Assembly (NCBI GenBank): GCA_035444565.1
Contig: DAOMOX010000003.1
Span: forward strand, 31,488-95,487
Source of the DNA: Candidatus Dojkabacteria bacterium
Lineage (GTDB): Bacteria; Patescibacteriota; Dojkabacteria; B142; OLB20
Length of the DNA: 64,000 nucleotides
Direction of reading: 5' to 3'
A model generated the notes under the pieces. It was not told the origin of the DNA, ran no database searches, and saw nothing but the letters and a program-made list of their open reading frames with translations. Shown one piece after another: positions 47,121 to 58,166 of this stretch. A program made the position numbers and the translations under genes. Position 1 is the stretch's first letter, and every line of letters starts with the position of its first letter.

Positions 47121-47735
47121 ATGGCATCACAATTAGATCAAATTAAAGAATTAAGAAGCTTAACAGGCGCCGGAATCAATAGTATCAAAGAGGCTTTGGA
47201 TCATAGCAAAGGTGATTTCGAAAAATCATTACTTTACCTAAGAGAAAAAGGCTTAGCAAAAGCAGCCAAAAGAGCAGATAAAACTGCTTCAAATGGCTTC
47301 ATTGCGCATTATATCCACGGAGAGGGTAACCTAGGTGTTTTAGTTGAATTGAACGCAGAGACGGATTTTGCATCCAGAAATGAGAAATTCAGAGAACTAG
47401 CTTTTAATATCGCTCTTCATATTGCAGCAGCAGCACCTGAATATATAAAGATTGATGATGTGCCTGCAGATATATTAGATAAAGAGAAAAGTGTTGCAAA
47501 AGCATCCATACCAGGTAATAAACCTGCTGAAATCCTTAATAAAATCGTCGAGGGTAGACTACAAAAATTTTACGAAGAGACAGTATTAATGGAACAGGTT
47601 TATGTTAAAGATGACAATAAAAAAATTAAAGATTTAGTCAATGATGCTGTTGCATCCATTGGAGAAAAGATTGAGATTGGGAAATTCTGTAGAATTAAAA
47701 TCAGTGCACCTACTAATTCTTGCGGAATAAAATAA
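47121..47735 (+). CDS. tsf: Elongation factor Ts (short form)
   Basis: IKELRSLTGAGINSIKEALDHSKGDFEKSLLYLREKG (UBA-like N-terminus) and VLVELNAETDFASRNEKF. Confidence 0.85.
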   Translation: MASQLDQIKELRSLTGAGINSIKEALDHSKGDFEKSLLYLREKGLAKAAKRADKTASNGFIAHYIHGEGNLGVLVELNAETDFASRNEKFRELAFNIALHIAAAAPEYIKIDDVPADILDKEKSVAKASIPGNKPAEILNKIVEGRLQKFYEETVLMEQVYVKDDNKKIKDLVNDAVASIGEKIEIGKFCRIKISAPTNSCGIK

Positions 47736-47802
47736 AATCTAGTATTAGATAATTTTATTCTCGACATGTTAAGATAAAACATAAATTTTTATCTGCGTTT
47801 AG

Positions 47803-48357
47803 ATGAGAATCACAGTCGAACAAGCCGAACAAAAATTCAGTGAAGTTGCAGATCATCTGCAAAAAGAACTTGCATCAATCCGCGCTGGTAGGGCAAACCC
47901 TAAATTAGTTGAAGATATCGAAGCTACGGTCTATGGCCAAAAGATGCAGATTAAGCAACTTGCAAACATCACTGTAGCTGATCCCACATTACTGATTATT
48001 CAACCATGGGATAAGAACGCATTACCTGAAATTAAAAAAGCTGTCGAACAAGCAGAAATCGGGATAAATCCTATAAGTGATGGTGATACATTGAGATTAC
48101 CAATTCCTGCTCTTACAGAAGAAAGAAGGTTGGAGTATGTGAAAATTATGAAACAAAAAGTTGAGGAGGCCAGAATCACCGTTAGACAAGTCCGAAAAGA
48201 CGTTTTGGTTGGACTTGATGCTTTGAAAAAAGATAAAACTCTTACAGAAGATGATTACACAACAAAGGAAAAGCAACTTCAAAAAAATGTTGATAAATGG
48301 AATGAAAAGCTCGAAAAAATTGCAGAAGACAAAGAATCTGAATTACTAACTGTTTAA
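47803..48357 (+). CDS. frr: Ribosome recycling factor
   Basis: [17 protein letters not shown] and [18 protein letters not shown]. Confidence 0.9.
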   Translation: MRITVEQAEQKFSEVADHLQKELASIRAGRANPKLVEDIEATVYGQKMQIKQLANITVADPTLLIIQPWDKNALPEIKKAVEQAEIGINPISDGDTLRLPIPALTEERRLEYVKIMKQKVEEARITVRQVRKDVLVGLDALKKDKTLTEDDYTTKEKQLQKNVDKWNEKLEKIAEDKESELLTV

Positions 48358-48361
48358 TCAC

Positions 48362-49954
48362 ATGGATATTTTTATCACTTTTGTCCTTACAATCCTCATC
48401 TTTGGGGTTTTGGTTTTTGTACATGAGTTCGGTCATTTTATTGTTGCCATCAAATCTGGAGTACATGTTGATGAATTTGCCTTCGGCTTTGGTCCAAAGC
48501 TGTTCTCAAAAAAGTGGAAAGGTGTTACATATCGAATTAATTCAATTCCCCTCGGTGGATACGTCAAGATGATGGGGGATATGGATGGTTCAAGTTTCAG
48601 AAGATACAGTTCTAAAGACACGGATTCTAAAGATAGAAAATTTGTAATGGACCTGTTATCAAAGAAGGGACTCGATAAGCCAAATAGTGACTATTCGAAA
48701 GTCATGAAATTCGTTAAAGCTCAAAAGTCCAAGCTTTCAGATGAAGATTATTTGAAGCTTGAGAATTATATGGTTTCAGAATTTATTCCGAATCATCCCA
48801 AAAATTTCGATAACAAAGGTTTTCTTCCACGATTCGCAATTCTTGTGGCTGGTGTTGTTATGAACTTCGTCCTAGGATCACTACTATTTTACGTAATGTT
48901 TTTCCTCACAGACTTCACGACAGATATGACAAAAGTAGGAGATCCTAAATTTATAGGTGCAGAAGTCTCGAATCCCCCTGTCATTTTTACTGTCTACAAA
49001 GAGGAGTATAAGGATTTAGAGGGTTCTTTACTGATAAGTGTTTCTAATCAGAAGTTACTTAATCAGAGTGATTTTGAGCGACTACTTACTCAGAATTACA
49101 ATAAAAAAGTAAATGTTGAAATTCAGAATTCTGAGGGTATCTTTGTAAGGGAAATGATACTTACAGGTGATGGTCTTTATACGAACTTCGATAGTGAAGT
49201 ACGTGATAAAGTTCTATTGATCAATGTTTCTGAGGATTCATCTGCTGAAAAAGCAGGTTTAGTTGCCGGTGATATACTTTTGACATTTGATGGAATTGAC
49301 CTAAAAGATTCTGATCATCTTCGTGATTTATTAAATGAATATAGGGGAGAAGAGGTTACAGTTCAATATGTAAATATTCAGGGAGAGTTTAAAAACACGC
49401 AATTAAATTTACCCAATCCTAAGGATGACGAGCCAATACTTGGTGCGATTCCTGTAAATAATAGCGCCTATTATGAGGATGCAATTCGATTAGACTACTC
49501 AAATAACAAGTTGTTTAGTGGAGTATTACATGCTACTAACCTCGTTACATACAACGTCACTGCAATGTCTAGTTTTATTGGTGAGGCCATTCAAGAAAAG
49601 AGTGTCCAGCCAGTTTTTTCAAAGGTAAATAGTATCGTTGCAATAGTAGATGTAACTCACTATTTTGTTAAGGTAGATAGTTTTATTAATATTCTAAACT
49701 TAGTTGCAATGTTAAGTGTCATCTTGGCATTTATGAATATACTACCCATACCATTATTTGATGGAGGTCATATACTTTTCTTGTTTATTGAAAAGATACG
49801 TGGTAGAAAGATTTCGATGGAAATGCAAAATAAAATCGGTCAGGTAGTATTTGTATTATTGATTTTATTAACAATAGCAATAGTTTTGAAAGACATACTT
49901 CAATTCGAATGGCCAAAAAGAATAGTAGGTACAGTTTCGGGTATTATAAAATAA
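48362..49954 (+). CDS. rseP: Site-2 protease RseP family (M50) with PDZ domain
   Basis: HEFGHF at TM1, a PDZ region ([13 protein letters not shown]), and C-terminal [10 protein letters not shown]. Confidence 0.75.
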   Translation: MDIFITFVLTILIFGVLVFVHEFGHFIVAIKSGVHVDEFAFGFGPKLFSKKWKGVTYRINSIPLGGYVKMMGDMDGSSFRRYSSKDTDSKDRKFVMDLLSKKGLDKPNSDYSKVMKFVKAQKSKLSDEDYLKLENYMVSEFIPNHPKNFDNKGFLPRFAILVAGVVMNFVLGSLLFYVMFFLTDFTTDMTKVGDPKFIGAEVSNPPVIFTVYKEEYKDLEGSLLISVSNQKLLNQSDFERLLTQNYNKKVNVEIQNSEGIFVREMILTGDGLYTNFDSEVRDKVLLINVSEDSSAEKAGLVAGDILLTFDGIDLKDSDHLRDLLNEYRGEEVTVQYVNIQGEFKNTQLNLPNPKDDEPILGAIPVNNSAYYEDAIRLDYSNNKLFSGVLHATNLVTYNVTAMSSFIGEAIQEKSVQPVFSKVNSIVAIVDVTHYFVKVDSFINILNLVAMLSVILAFMNILPIPLFDGGHILFLFIEKIRGRKISMEMQNKIGQVVFVLLILLTIAIVLKDILQFEWPKRIVGTVSGIIK

Positions 49955-50004
49955 ATTTATCTGATATAATCAAAACTCAACAATTTATTTAGGAGGTAAT
50001 AACA

Positions 50005-50223
50005 ATGTCAGTAATCGTTCATGATCAAATGTCTGTTGAACAGGCGTTAAAAATGCTCTGGAGAGAAGCCAATAGGGAGAATATTCCTAATGAAATCCTC
50101 AAAAATCGCTATAGAATCAAACCTACTAGTGAAGTACATGAGAAAAACAAAGTCTGGGCTAAAATGAAGCGCAGAAGACGTGCTGCAAAGCGACGCATGG
50201 CCAAAAAAGGCAAAATCGCCTAA
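50005..50223 (+). CDS. rpsU: 30S ribosomal protein S21
   Basis: 72 aa with SVEQALKMLWRE and NRYRIKPT, and a strongly basic C-terminus (KMKRRRRAAKRRMAKKG). Confidence 0.65.
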   Translation: MSVIVHDQMSVEQALKMLWREANRENIPNEILKNRYRIKPTSEVHEKNKVWAKMKRRRRAAKRRMAKKGKIA

Positions 50224-50271
50224 TCTCATTCACGTTTTTACAAAGTATCGTAATTATCTTTAGGGTCTTTC

Positions 50272-51828
50272 ATGCCTCAAGTACTATATAGAAAATACAG
50301 ATCAAAAGACTTTTCTGAGATTTACGGTCAAGACCGTATAAAGAAGGTTCTTATTCAGGCCCTCAAAGATAATCGCGTAGCTCATGCATATTTATTCACT
50401 GGACCCCGCGGTACAGGGAAGACTACAACTGCAAGAGTTCTAGCAAAGGCCCTGAATTGCACGAATCGTAAAGACTCCAACCCATGTAATAAATGCAACA
50501 ACTGTATTGCTATCAATAATTCCAGTTTTATGGATCTTATTGAAATAGACGCTGCCTCAAACAGAGGTATTGATGAGATACGTGAACTGAAAGAAAAAGT
50601 CGGGTTTTTGCCCGTACAAGGTACCTACAAGGTCTATATTATAGATGAGGTACACATGCTTACAAGTGAAGCGTTTAATGCCTTGCTTAAGACACTAGAG
50701 GAACCACCTCCGAATGTTGTCTTTATTCTTGCAACTACAGAAGTCCATAAATTACCACAAACGATAATTTCCAGAACTCAAAGATTTGATTTCAAATTGG
50801 CTACTAAGCAGCAATTAACAGAAAAGCTTACGCATATATTAAAAAAAGAAGGCGTTAAATTCGAGAAAGAAGCAATAGATATGGTAATTTCTTCCTCTGG
50901 GGGTAGCTTCAGAGATTCTGAGACAATCCTAGAAAAGGTTTTGTCCTCCACAGGTTTCGAAAAAGATAAAAAAATTGATATTGAGGATGTCACAACAGTC
51001 TTGGGTTTTGCGGACATGAAATTGGTCAATGATTTAATTGAATACACATATCATGGTGATGTAAATAAAGCGTTCGAAATAATTGCAACTTCTCTAAATG
51101 AAGGTGTTGATACTAATCAATTTGTTAAGCAGCTATTGTTACAGGCGAGGAATGAGTTAACCAAAACTATATCAGGAGGTCCTGCAAAGTACTCCAATAG
51201 ATTCTTATTCACCTTTATAAAGAACGTATCCGAGACTCTCGATAAAATGAGACTGAGTATCTTACCCTCTTTGACTTTAGAGATGGCAATTCTAAATATA
51301 GTAGAGATATCGGGAAACAATACCAGTTTCTTTACAGAGAAGATCTCTACTGGTTCCTCCACAAAAGTTAAGGTTGAAAATAATGAAAAAAACTCAAAAA
51401 TTTCTAACGAGACTAAAATAGAGAAGGATACAAAAGATGATAATGAAATAATTGAAAAGATTGAGGTGGCAACGAGTTCTGAATCGCTAAGTTCGGATAA
51501 AATCTTCTCGCAGTGGGGTAAGCTCGTTACGAAGGCGAAAGACAATAACCCGCATTTAGCTGCTCTCTTGGTGAATGTTGTGGTAAAAGAAGTTGATGGT
51601 GATATCATTAGGGTTGAGGTTCCATTTGGTTTTCATCAGAAACAGCTTGAAAATAACAGGGTTCGGAATGTGTTATCAGGTATGATGATAGAAGTTTTTG
51701 GATCAAATTTAAACATGGAGATAGTCGTAAACAAAAGTTTGGCAACCAAGAAGGATGAACAACCTGAGAAAGGTGATTCAAATGTAGATATGGTAGAAGA
51801 AGTCTTTAGTGATCCGGAGGATCTGTAA
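50272..51828 (+). CDS. dnaX: DNA polymerase III gamma/tau subunit
   Basis: YRSKDFSEIYGQD...HAYLFTGPRGTGKTT, a C4 zinc module (CTNRKDSNPCNKCNNC), the DEVHML box, and SRTQRF (sensor 2). Confidence 0.85.
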   Translation: MPQVLYRKYRSKDFSEIYGQDRIKKVLIQALKDNRVAHAYLFTGPRGTGKTTTARVLAKALNCTNRKDSNPCNKCNNCIAINNSSFMDLIEIDAASNRGIDEIRELKEKVGFLPVQGTYKVYIIDEVHMLTSEAFNALLKTLEEPPPNVVFILATTEVHKLPQTIISRTQRFDFKLATKQQLTEKLTHILKKEGVKFEKEAIDMVISSSGGSFRDSETILEKVLSSTGFEKDKKIDIEDVTTVLGFADMKLVNDLIEYTYHGDVNKAFEIIATSLNEGVDTNQFVKQLLLQARNELTKTISGGPAKYSNRFLFTFIKNVSETLDKMRLSILPSLTLEMAILNIVEISGNNTSFFTEKISTGSSTKVKVENNEKNSKISNETKIEKDTKDDNEIIEKIEVATSSESLSSDKIFSQWGKLVTKAKDNNPHLAALLVNVVVKEVDGDIIRVEVPFGFHQKQLENNRVRNVLSGMMIEVFGSNLNMEIVVNKSLATKKDEQPEKGDSNVDMVEEVFSDPEDL

Positions 51829-51868
51829 GTATTTTGTGATATTATGATTTATTAAATTAATTTTTATT

Positions 51869-52174
51869 TTGAATAATATGTTTGGAAAAGCAAAAGATTT
51901 ATATGCAATGCAAAAAGAGGCTAGGGCAATGCAAAAACAGATGAAACAGCTAAGAGTTGAAGGTAGGAGTGAAGATGAATTGGTTATTATTTCAATGAAT
52001 GGGGTGCAAGAAATTGAGAACATCGAAATACACAACGAATTGATGGATCTGAATGAAAAAAATCAACTTGTTAAATCACTCAAGCAGGCTTGGAAGGATG
52101 CGCAGAAAAACTTGCAGAAAGAAATGATGAAAGATTTTGATATGGATAAACTAAAAGGCATGCTTGGAGGCTAA
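51869..52174 (+). CDS. ybaB: Nucleoid-associated protein YbaB/EbfC
   Basis: MFGKAKDLYAMQKEARAMQKQM and a C-terminal MLGG, in the dnaX-ybaB-recR context. Confidence 0.85.
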   Translation: MNNMFGKAKDLYAMQKEARAMQKQMKQLRVEGRSEDELVIISMNGVQEIENIEIHNELMDLNEKNQLVKSLKQAWKDAQKNLQKEMMKDFDMDKLKGMLGG

Positions 52175-52784
52175 AATGTACCTCCCAAGAGATATTGAAA
52201 AGGTAATTAATCATTTTTCAAATTTGCCAGGTATTGGTCCGAAGTCTGCGTCTAGACTGGCTTTGGCATTCTTGCGTATTGATAAATTAATTGTAGAAGA
52301 CTTCGCCCATTCCTTGATTAATCTTAAAAATAATGTAACTTTCTGTAACAAGTGTTACAACCTTAGTGATGACAAACTTTGTGGGATTTGTATTGACGAA
52401 GAAAGAAGCGAGAATCAAATAATGGTTGTGGAAGATGTTCTTGATTTGGTGGCCTTTGAGAGAACTGGTCAATATACAGGTAAATATCACGTTCTAGGTG
52501 GCTTATTGTCACCAATGCAAGGAGTGGGACCCGAAGATTTGACAATAGATAAATTGCTAAAAAGGATTAAAATCATACCTGGACAGATTGAGTTGATCCT
52601 TGCTACGAGTCCAAGTCTAGAAGGGGAGGCGACCGCTATGTTTATAACAGAGCAGTTGCATGATATTCCCGAAATAAAAATCACAAGGATTGCCCGAGGT
52701 GTTCCTACCGGAGCAGATTTGGATTACACAGATAAACTCACATTGCTCAGGGCACTAGAGAACCGCACAAAAATGCCCCAATAA
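52164..52784 (+). CDS. recR: Recombination protein RecR
   Basis: HhH (LPGIGPKSASRLA), C4 zinc finger (CNKCYNL...CGIC), and the Toprim domain. Confidence 0.9.
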   Translation: MEAKMYLPRDIEKVINHFSNLPGIGPKSASRLALAFLRIDKLIVEDFAHSLINLKNNVTFCNKCYNLSDDKLCGICIDEERSENQIMVVEDVLDLVAFERTGQYTGKYHVLGGLLSPMQGVGPEDLTIDKLLKRIKIIPGQIELILATSPSLEGEATAMFITEQLHDIPEIKITRIARGVPTGADLDYTDKLTLLRALENRTKMPQ

Positions 52785-52969
52785 TCCCGCATCTTCTGTT
52801 AGATATAGTTATTCGCAGCATTTTGAGTGTTAGTAGGTGATATGTTAATCGGTTCTTACAAAACAAAAACTATTGTTTCACGAAATATATGTAACATTTG
52901 TGTACAAAAAGTTATTAATTTGGGAAAATTGTTTGTTTAATTTGGTTGATAAATGGTTAAATTACATAT

Positions 52970-54427
52970 ATGGAAATCGCAGAAATAAGAAAAAATTTAC
53001 CAGAATACGTATTAAATACATCAGATGTTTTGGTTAATCATGGTTATAAAGCTTTTTTAGTCGGTGGTGCAGTGAAAGATATGTTACTGGGAGTTGAGCC
53101 GAAAGATTATGATATTGCAACAAATGCACTCCCAGAACAAATTTCAGAGATATTTCCACATTCAGTATCTACAAATGCTAGGTTCGGGACGATTTTGGTA
53201 ATCAATAGCGACAGAAAAGGTGAACGTTACGATGTCGAAGTTACTACTTTTAGAAGTGAAGAAGACTATTTTGGAGGTAGATGGCCTTCAAAAGTAGAGT
53301 TCGCCAATGATATTACTACAGATTTATCCAGGCGTGATTTCACTATAAATGCAATGGCAATTGATCTCGATAATTTAAATGATCAAGGTAGTACTCATCA
53401 TGAAATAATTGTAGATCCATTTGGTGGCCAAAAGGACCTAGATGCCAAAACTATTAGAGCTGTGGGAGATCCTATGGAACGATTCGGTGAGGATGGTCTA
53501 AGGGCATACAGGGCTTGTAGATTAGCTGCCATACTTGGCTTCACTATAGAGGAAAGCACTTTCGAAGCAATAAAGGCAACTTTGAACATTTCAAAGATGG
53601 TTTCAATGGAAAGAGTTCGAGACGAGCTATTAAAGTTATTAAAGTATGCACCAAAACCATCAGTAGGTATCGAATTGTTTCGGACTAGTGGACTTTTAGA
53701 ATTGTTTTTACCTGAGTTACTGGAGTGTATAAATATTGAACAACCAGAATGGCATCACGATGATGTTTATACACATAGTTTAAAGACTTTAGATTTAGCA
53801 GAAGATTCAATTAAGATGCCTGCTTTATTACATGATATTGGTAAGGCTAGAACAAAGTCAGAAGATGAGAGTGGGATACATTTCTACAGTCACGATATAG
53901 TCGGTGCTGAGATGGTAAAAGTGATTATGGAGCGACTAAAATTCTCGAATTCAGAAATCAAAAAAGTATCGACACTTGTAAGATGGCATATGTTTTATTA
54001 TCCCTCTGCAGAGTGGAGGAAAGAAAATACACTTGAAATAATTACAGATCAGAAATCAAGTTCTTCTGGTGGATGGAGTGATTCGGCTATTCGTAGATTC
54101 ATTGCAAATGTAGGGGAAGAGTTTATAGATGACTTGTTTAAACTCAGAATTGCTGATGCAAATGCAAACCCCAAATCAGAATTCGATCCTATTGAAATAA
54201 AAGCCCTACAAGATCGAATATCAGAAGTACGCTCTAAAGACATGGCGCTAAAAATTACTGATTTAAATATTACAGGGGAAGACTTGTTTGAAGCTGGAAT
54301 CGAAAAAGGTCCCATGATGGGTGAGGTATTAAAACACTTATTAGAAAAAGTCATAGAAGATCCAATGCTGAATGATAAAGAAAAATTGCTTTCATTATCC
54401 AAGGATTATTTGAGTAGTAAGGCTTAA
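52970..54427 (+). CDS. cca: CCA-adding tRNA nucleotidyltransferase with HD domain
   Basis: LVGGAVKDMLLGVEPKDYDIAT (pol-beta NTase head with DxD) and the HD motif HSLKTLDLA...LLHDIGK. Confidence 0.8.
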   Translation: MEIAEIRKNLPEYVLNTSDVLVNHGYKAFLVGGAVKDMLLGVEPKDYDIATNALPEQISEIFPHSVSTNARFGTILVINSDRKGERYDVEVTTFRSEEDYFGGRWPSKVEFANDITTDLSRRDFTINAMAIDLDNLNDQGSTHHEIIVDPFGGQKDLDAKTIRAVGDPMERFGEDGLRAYRACRLAAILGFTIEESTFEAIKATLNISKMVSMERVRDELLKLLKYAPKPSVGIELFRTSGLLELFLPELLECINIEQPEWHHDDVYTHSLKTLDLAEDSIKMPALLHDIGKARTKSEDESGIHFYSHDIVGAEMVKVIMERLKFSNSEIKKVSTLVRWHMFYYPSAEWRKENTLEIITDQKSSSSGGWSDSAIRRFIANVGEEFIDDLFKLRIADANANPKSEFDPIEIKALQDRISEVRSKDMALKITDLNITGEDLFEAGIEKGPMMGEVLKHLLEKVIEDPMLNDKEKLLSLSKDYLSSKA

Positions 54428-54468
54428 ATTTCCACAAACGATATATGTTTATTTATTAAAAATTTATT

Positions 54469-55851
54469 ATGTTAAATATTACATTTCTAGGAGCGACTGA
54501 AACAGTAACTGGATCATGTTATCTTGTTCAATATGGTAAAACAAAATTTCTAATTGACTGTGGACTATTTCAAGGAGAAGACGTATATAAGAGGAATTTT
54601 GATAATTTTGAGTTTAACCCGAGTGAAATTGATTTCGTTGTTCTAACCCATGCGCACATGGATCATTCAGGTTTATTACCAAAATTATTCCGTAAAGGTT
54701 TTACTGGTAAAATTTATACAACACCACCCACAACACAATTAGTCGAGATCCTGTTATTAGATGCAGCAAAAATCCAGGAGTCAAACTTCTCCAGGGGAGA
54801 TCACGATAGTAATGTTGATATCATTTACACAACATTTGACTCACTGAATGCAATCGCAAATCTAGTTAGTGTGGATTTTGATGAAGAAATTAATGTCTCG
54901 CAAGATATAAAGTTTACTTTCAGAAAAGCTGGTCATATTTTAGGTGCAGCAAGTGTATTTCTGACTATTGGTGGAAAAAGGATTGTTTTCTCGGGTGATT
55001 TAGGAAGAGTAGATGAGGCTATTATTGAAAGTTTTATCAACATTCAGGACAATCAGTTCAATGCAGATTATGTAATTATGGAATCACTTTATGGTGGAGT
55101 AGTTCATCAAACCAGGCCTGATGCAACAAAGGAGTTGATAAATCTTATCAATGAAACGATTGGGAGAGGGGGAAATGTTGTTATTCCAAGTTTCGCTGTT
55201 CATAAAACCCAAGAAATTTTAGAAATCTTGAAGGTTGCATTTGCGAAAAACTTGATTGACCAAGAGGTTCAAGTAATATTGGACAGTCCTCTTGCTATCA
55301 AGGCTACTGGAATCTATTCGAATAATACTACATTTTTTGATCCTGTAAAATATAATCTGACAGATGCTCAAATTGTCCGAAATATTTTTAACTTTCCGAA
55401 TTTGAAAATTACTAGAACTCACAAACAGTCGTTAAAGTCATCAAATAAAATCAAATCCATATTTATCGCGGGAAGTGGCATGGCTGAAGGGGGTAGGGTA
55501 ATTCGACATTTGATAAACAATTTACCTCACAAAAATAACATGGTTATTTTCGTCGGATACCAGGCAGAAGGAACAAAAGGTCGAGAAATACTAGAAGGTC
55601 AGCAAGAAATTAAATTAGATAGAAAGCGCGTTAAAATAAATGCTGATATCAAACGTATAGAAGGATTTTCCTCTCATGGAGATCATCAGGACCTTTTAGA
55701 GTGGTTGAAAAATTTCAATCAGACGAGCTTGAAAAAGGTATTTTTGACTCATGCCGACCCTGATAGAAGTGAGGCTTTTAAGACTGCGCTTGATGAAAAA
55801 GGCATCAACTCCTATATACCAAAATGGAAAGAGGTAGTAGAATTAGATTAA
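54469..55851 (+). CDS. Beta-CASP/RNA-metabolising metallo-beta-lactamase ribonuclease (COG1236-like)
   Basis: TFLGATETVTGSCYLV...IDCG, LTHAHMDHSG (HxHxDH), and a C-terminal beta-CASP/RMMBL-like region with SHGDHQDL. Confidence 0.7.
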   Translation: MLNITFLGATETVTGSCYLVQYGKTKFLIDCGLFQGEDVYKRNFDNFEFNPSEIDFVVLTHAHMDHSGLLPKLFRKGFTGKIYTTPPTTQLVEILLLDAAKIQESNFSRGDHDSNVDIIYTTFDSLNAIANLVSVDFDEEINVSQDIKFTFRKAGHILGAASVFLTIGGKRIVFSGDLGRVDEAIIESFINIQDNQFNADYVIMESLYGGVVHQTRPDATKELINLINETIGRGGNVVIPSFAVHKTQEILEILKVAFAKNLIDQEVQVILDSPLAIKATGIYSNNTTFFDPVKYNLTDAQIVRNIFNFPNLKITRTHKQSLKSSNKIKSIFIAGSGMAEGGRVIRHLINNLPHKNNMVIFVGYQAEGTKGREILEGQQEIKLDRKRVKINADIKRIEGFSSHGDHQDLLEWLKNFNQTSLKKVFLTHADPDRSEAFKTALDEKGINSYIPKWKEVVELD

Positions 55852-55864
55852 TTATCATAAAAAC

Positions 55865-56962
55865 ATGAATTTATCACTTGGAATTGTTGGGTTGCCTAAT
55901 GTCGGTAAATCTACATTATTCAATGCCCTGACAAATCAAAAGGTACCAGCGGAAAATTATCCGTTTTGTACTATTGATCCTAACGTAGGAGTCGTAGCAG
56001 TTTCTGATTCTAGGTTTGATAGTTTAGTTAGCACTGCAAATCCTGAGAAAATATCACCTGCGATTATCGAATTTGTCGATATTGCTGGAATTGTAAAGGG
56101 TGCGCACGAAGGAGAGGGTCTTGGAAATGCTTTCTTAGCTAATATCCGAAATGTAAATGCCGTAATCATGGTGATAAGGGTTTTTGCTGATAAAAAAGTA
56201 ACTCATGTTCATGATGATATTAATCCTAAATTCGACAAGGAAGTCATAGAATCAGAGCTTATTCTCAAAGATCTGGATACAGTAGATGCTCGACTATCAA
56301 AGATGGAGAAAGAGGCTAGGTCTGATAGCACGAAGGCAAAATATCTAGAAGAACTCAAAAAGATTAAATCAGATCTTGAGAAAGGTCTACTAGCAAATAC
56401 CCACAAAGTTGACGAAAAAAATAAAGATATTGTTGCGATGAGAAAAGAGCTATGCCTATTAACGGATAAACCATTTATCTATCTAGTAAATGGTGATTGG
56501 ATAAATATTGATGTATCCTTAGCGACCAAACTCAGGAAGGAGCTCGACATAAATGAAGAGCACCCTTTATTACCAATTAATATCTCTCTTGAATACGAAT
56601 TGACCACCATGGGAGTAGAGGAAAGAGAAGAACTTATGAAAGATATGGGTATGAACTTTAGAGGTTTGGAAGAACTTACAAGAATTGGATACAGATTGTT
56701 AGATTTGATTTCTTTTTTTACTGTTGGACCAGAGGAAGTTAAGGCCTGGACAATTAGAAGGGGATCATCAGCACCACAAGCAGGAGGAGCAATTCATACT
56801 GACTTTGAAAAGAAGTTTATAAGTGCTGAGGTTGCGAAAGTAGATGACTACCTAGATAATCCAAACTGGCATTTATTGAAAGAAGAAGGTAAGGTCAAAC
56901 TAGAGGGAAAGGACTATATAGTTCAAGATGGAGATGTAATGATATTTAGACATGGTGCGTAG
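55865..56962 (+). CDS. ychF: Ribosome-binding ATPase YchF (Obg-family, with TGS domain)
   Basis: LSLGIVGLPNVGKSTLFNALT and the noncanonical NxxE G4 region. C-terminal TGS segment YIVQDGDVMIFR. Confidence 0.9.
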   Translation: MNLSLGIVGLPNVGKSTLFNALTNQKVPAENYPFCTIDPNVGVVAVSDSRFDSLVSTANPEKISPAIIEFVDIAGIVKGAHEGEGLGNAFLANIRNVNAVIMVIRVFADKKVTHVHDDINPKFDKEVIESELILKDLDTVDARLSKMEKEARSDSTKAKYLEELKKIKSDLEKGLLANTHKVDEKNKDIVAMRKELCLLTDKPFIYLVNGDWINIDVSLATKLRKELDINEEHPLLPINISLEYELTTMGVEEREELMKDMGMNFRGLEELTRIGYRLLDLISFFTVGPEEVKAWTIRRGSSAPQAGGAIHTDFEKKFISAEVAKVDDYLDNPNWHLLKEEGKVKLEGKDYIVQDGDVMIFRHGA

Positions 56963-57036
56963 TAAAAACGCGCAGGTTATTCTATTTTTTGAAAAATTAT
57001 GCTAATATCATCTCTATCGCTAATAGCGAGTTTTAG

Positions 57037-57351
57037 TTGTATTGTTTTAATTGTTTAGTGAGAAAATATATGAAATACGAATTGATGCTTATCCTGAAAC
57101 CGATGCTAACCGAAGATATTCGAGCAAACGTTTTAAAGAAAATCGATGAATATGTTACAAAGGCAGGAGGAAAGATTACCAAGGAAGATATATGGGGTAA
57201 ACGTCATCTAGCCTATATTATCGAAGGTAACGAAGAAGGCTATTATGTTGTTTATAACCTGGAGCTAGACAAATCTAAAGTAACCGAACTCCAAAACAAA
57301 CTCAAATTTATGAATGATATTTTAAGATTTCTTCTTGTTTTAGAAGACTAA
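57037..57351 (+). CDS. rpsF: 30S ribosomal protein S6 (start probably the ATG at 57070)
   Basis: MKYELMLILKP...GKRHLAYII, in the rpsF-ssb-rpsR context. Confidence 0.85.
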   Translation: MYCFNCLVRKYMKYELMLILKPMLTEDIRANVLKKIDEYVTKAGGKITKEDIWGKRHLAYIIEGNEEGYYVVYNLELDKSKVTELQNKLKFMNDILRFLLVLED

Positions 57352-57381
57352 TTAACTTTTTTTATTTATTAACGTATAAGA

Positions 57382-57894
57382 ATGTCAACCTCTAGATCAG
57401 TAAATAAAGTAATACTAATTGGAAACCTTACTAGGAATCCTGTTTTAAGAACAATCGGCAACGGTTCAGTTGTATGTAATTTCGGAATCGCAACTAACGC
57501 AACATGGAAAGATGGTGGTAGCAATGTACAAGAGAGAACAGAATTCCATAATTTAGTAGCATGGAATAAACTAGCAGAAATTTGTGCTCAGATATTAGCT
57601 GTTGGAATGTTAATTTATGTTGAAGGTGAGCTTCGAACAAGAACTTGGGATGATGCAAACGGTGTCAGACACTACAAGACAGAAATCAAAATTAATGATA
57701 TGAAATTACTTGATGATAAAGGCAAAAAAGGTGTTGGACTTGATGAGGCAAAACTTGCAGGAGAAGAAGAAGGAGGAGAAGTTCCTGTAGAGAGTTTAGA
57801 AACAGAAGTCGAAGAAAAAGACTCTCCTGTAGAAGAAGTTAAACAACCAAAAGAAGACCTTGATAAGGTTGATGATGGTGAGGATTTATTTTAA
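57382..57894 (+). CDS. ssb: Single-stranded DNA-binding protein
   Basis: VNKVILIGNLTRNPVLR, an OB fold, and an acidic C-terminal tip DDGEDLF. Confidence 0.85.
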   Translation: MSTSRSVNKVILIGNLTRNPVLRTIGNGSVVCNFGIATNATWKDGGSNVQERTEFHNLVAWNKLAEICAQILAVGMLIYVEGELRTRTWDDANGVRHYKTEIKINDMKLLDDKGKKGVGLDEAKLAGEEEGGEVPVESLETEVEEKDSPVEEVKQPKEDLDKVDDGEDLF

Positions 57895-57903
57895 TAAGTA
57901 AAA

Positions 57904-58146
57904 ATGGCTAAAAAGAATAACAAAAAAAAGATTAAGAAGCTCCCAAAACCTTCATGTCCTTTTGCAGGTGATAAAAGTAGAATCAATTATAAAGATGTCT
58001 ACAAATTAAAGAAATTTATCACTACTAGAGGCAGGATAATAAATCCAGAAAGAACTGGAGTATCACCATCCTGTCAAAGAAAGTTAGCAAGGGAGATAAA
58101 GAGAGCACGATTTATGGCGTTACTTCCATATAACGAGCTAACATAA
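57904..58146 (+). CDS. rpsR: 30S ribosomal protein S18
   Basis: CPF...IDYKDV.LLKKFITERGKI-like signature ([31 protein letters not shown]). Confidence 0.9.
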   Translation: MAKKNNKKKIKKLPKPSCPFAGDKSRINYKDVYKLKKFITTRGRIINPERTGVSPSCQRKLAREIKRARFMALLPYNELT

Positions 58147-58166
58147 ACTAAAATACATTCTGCCCA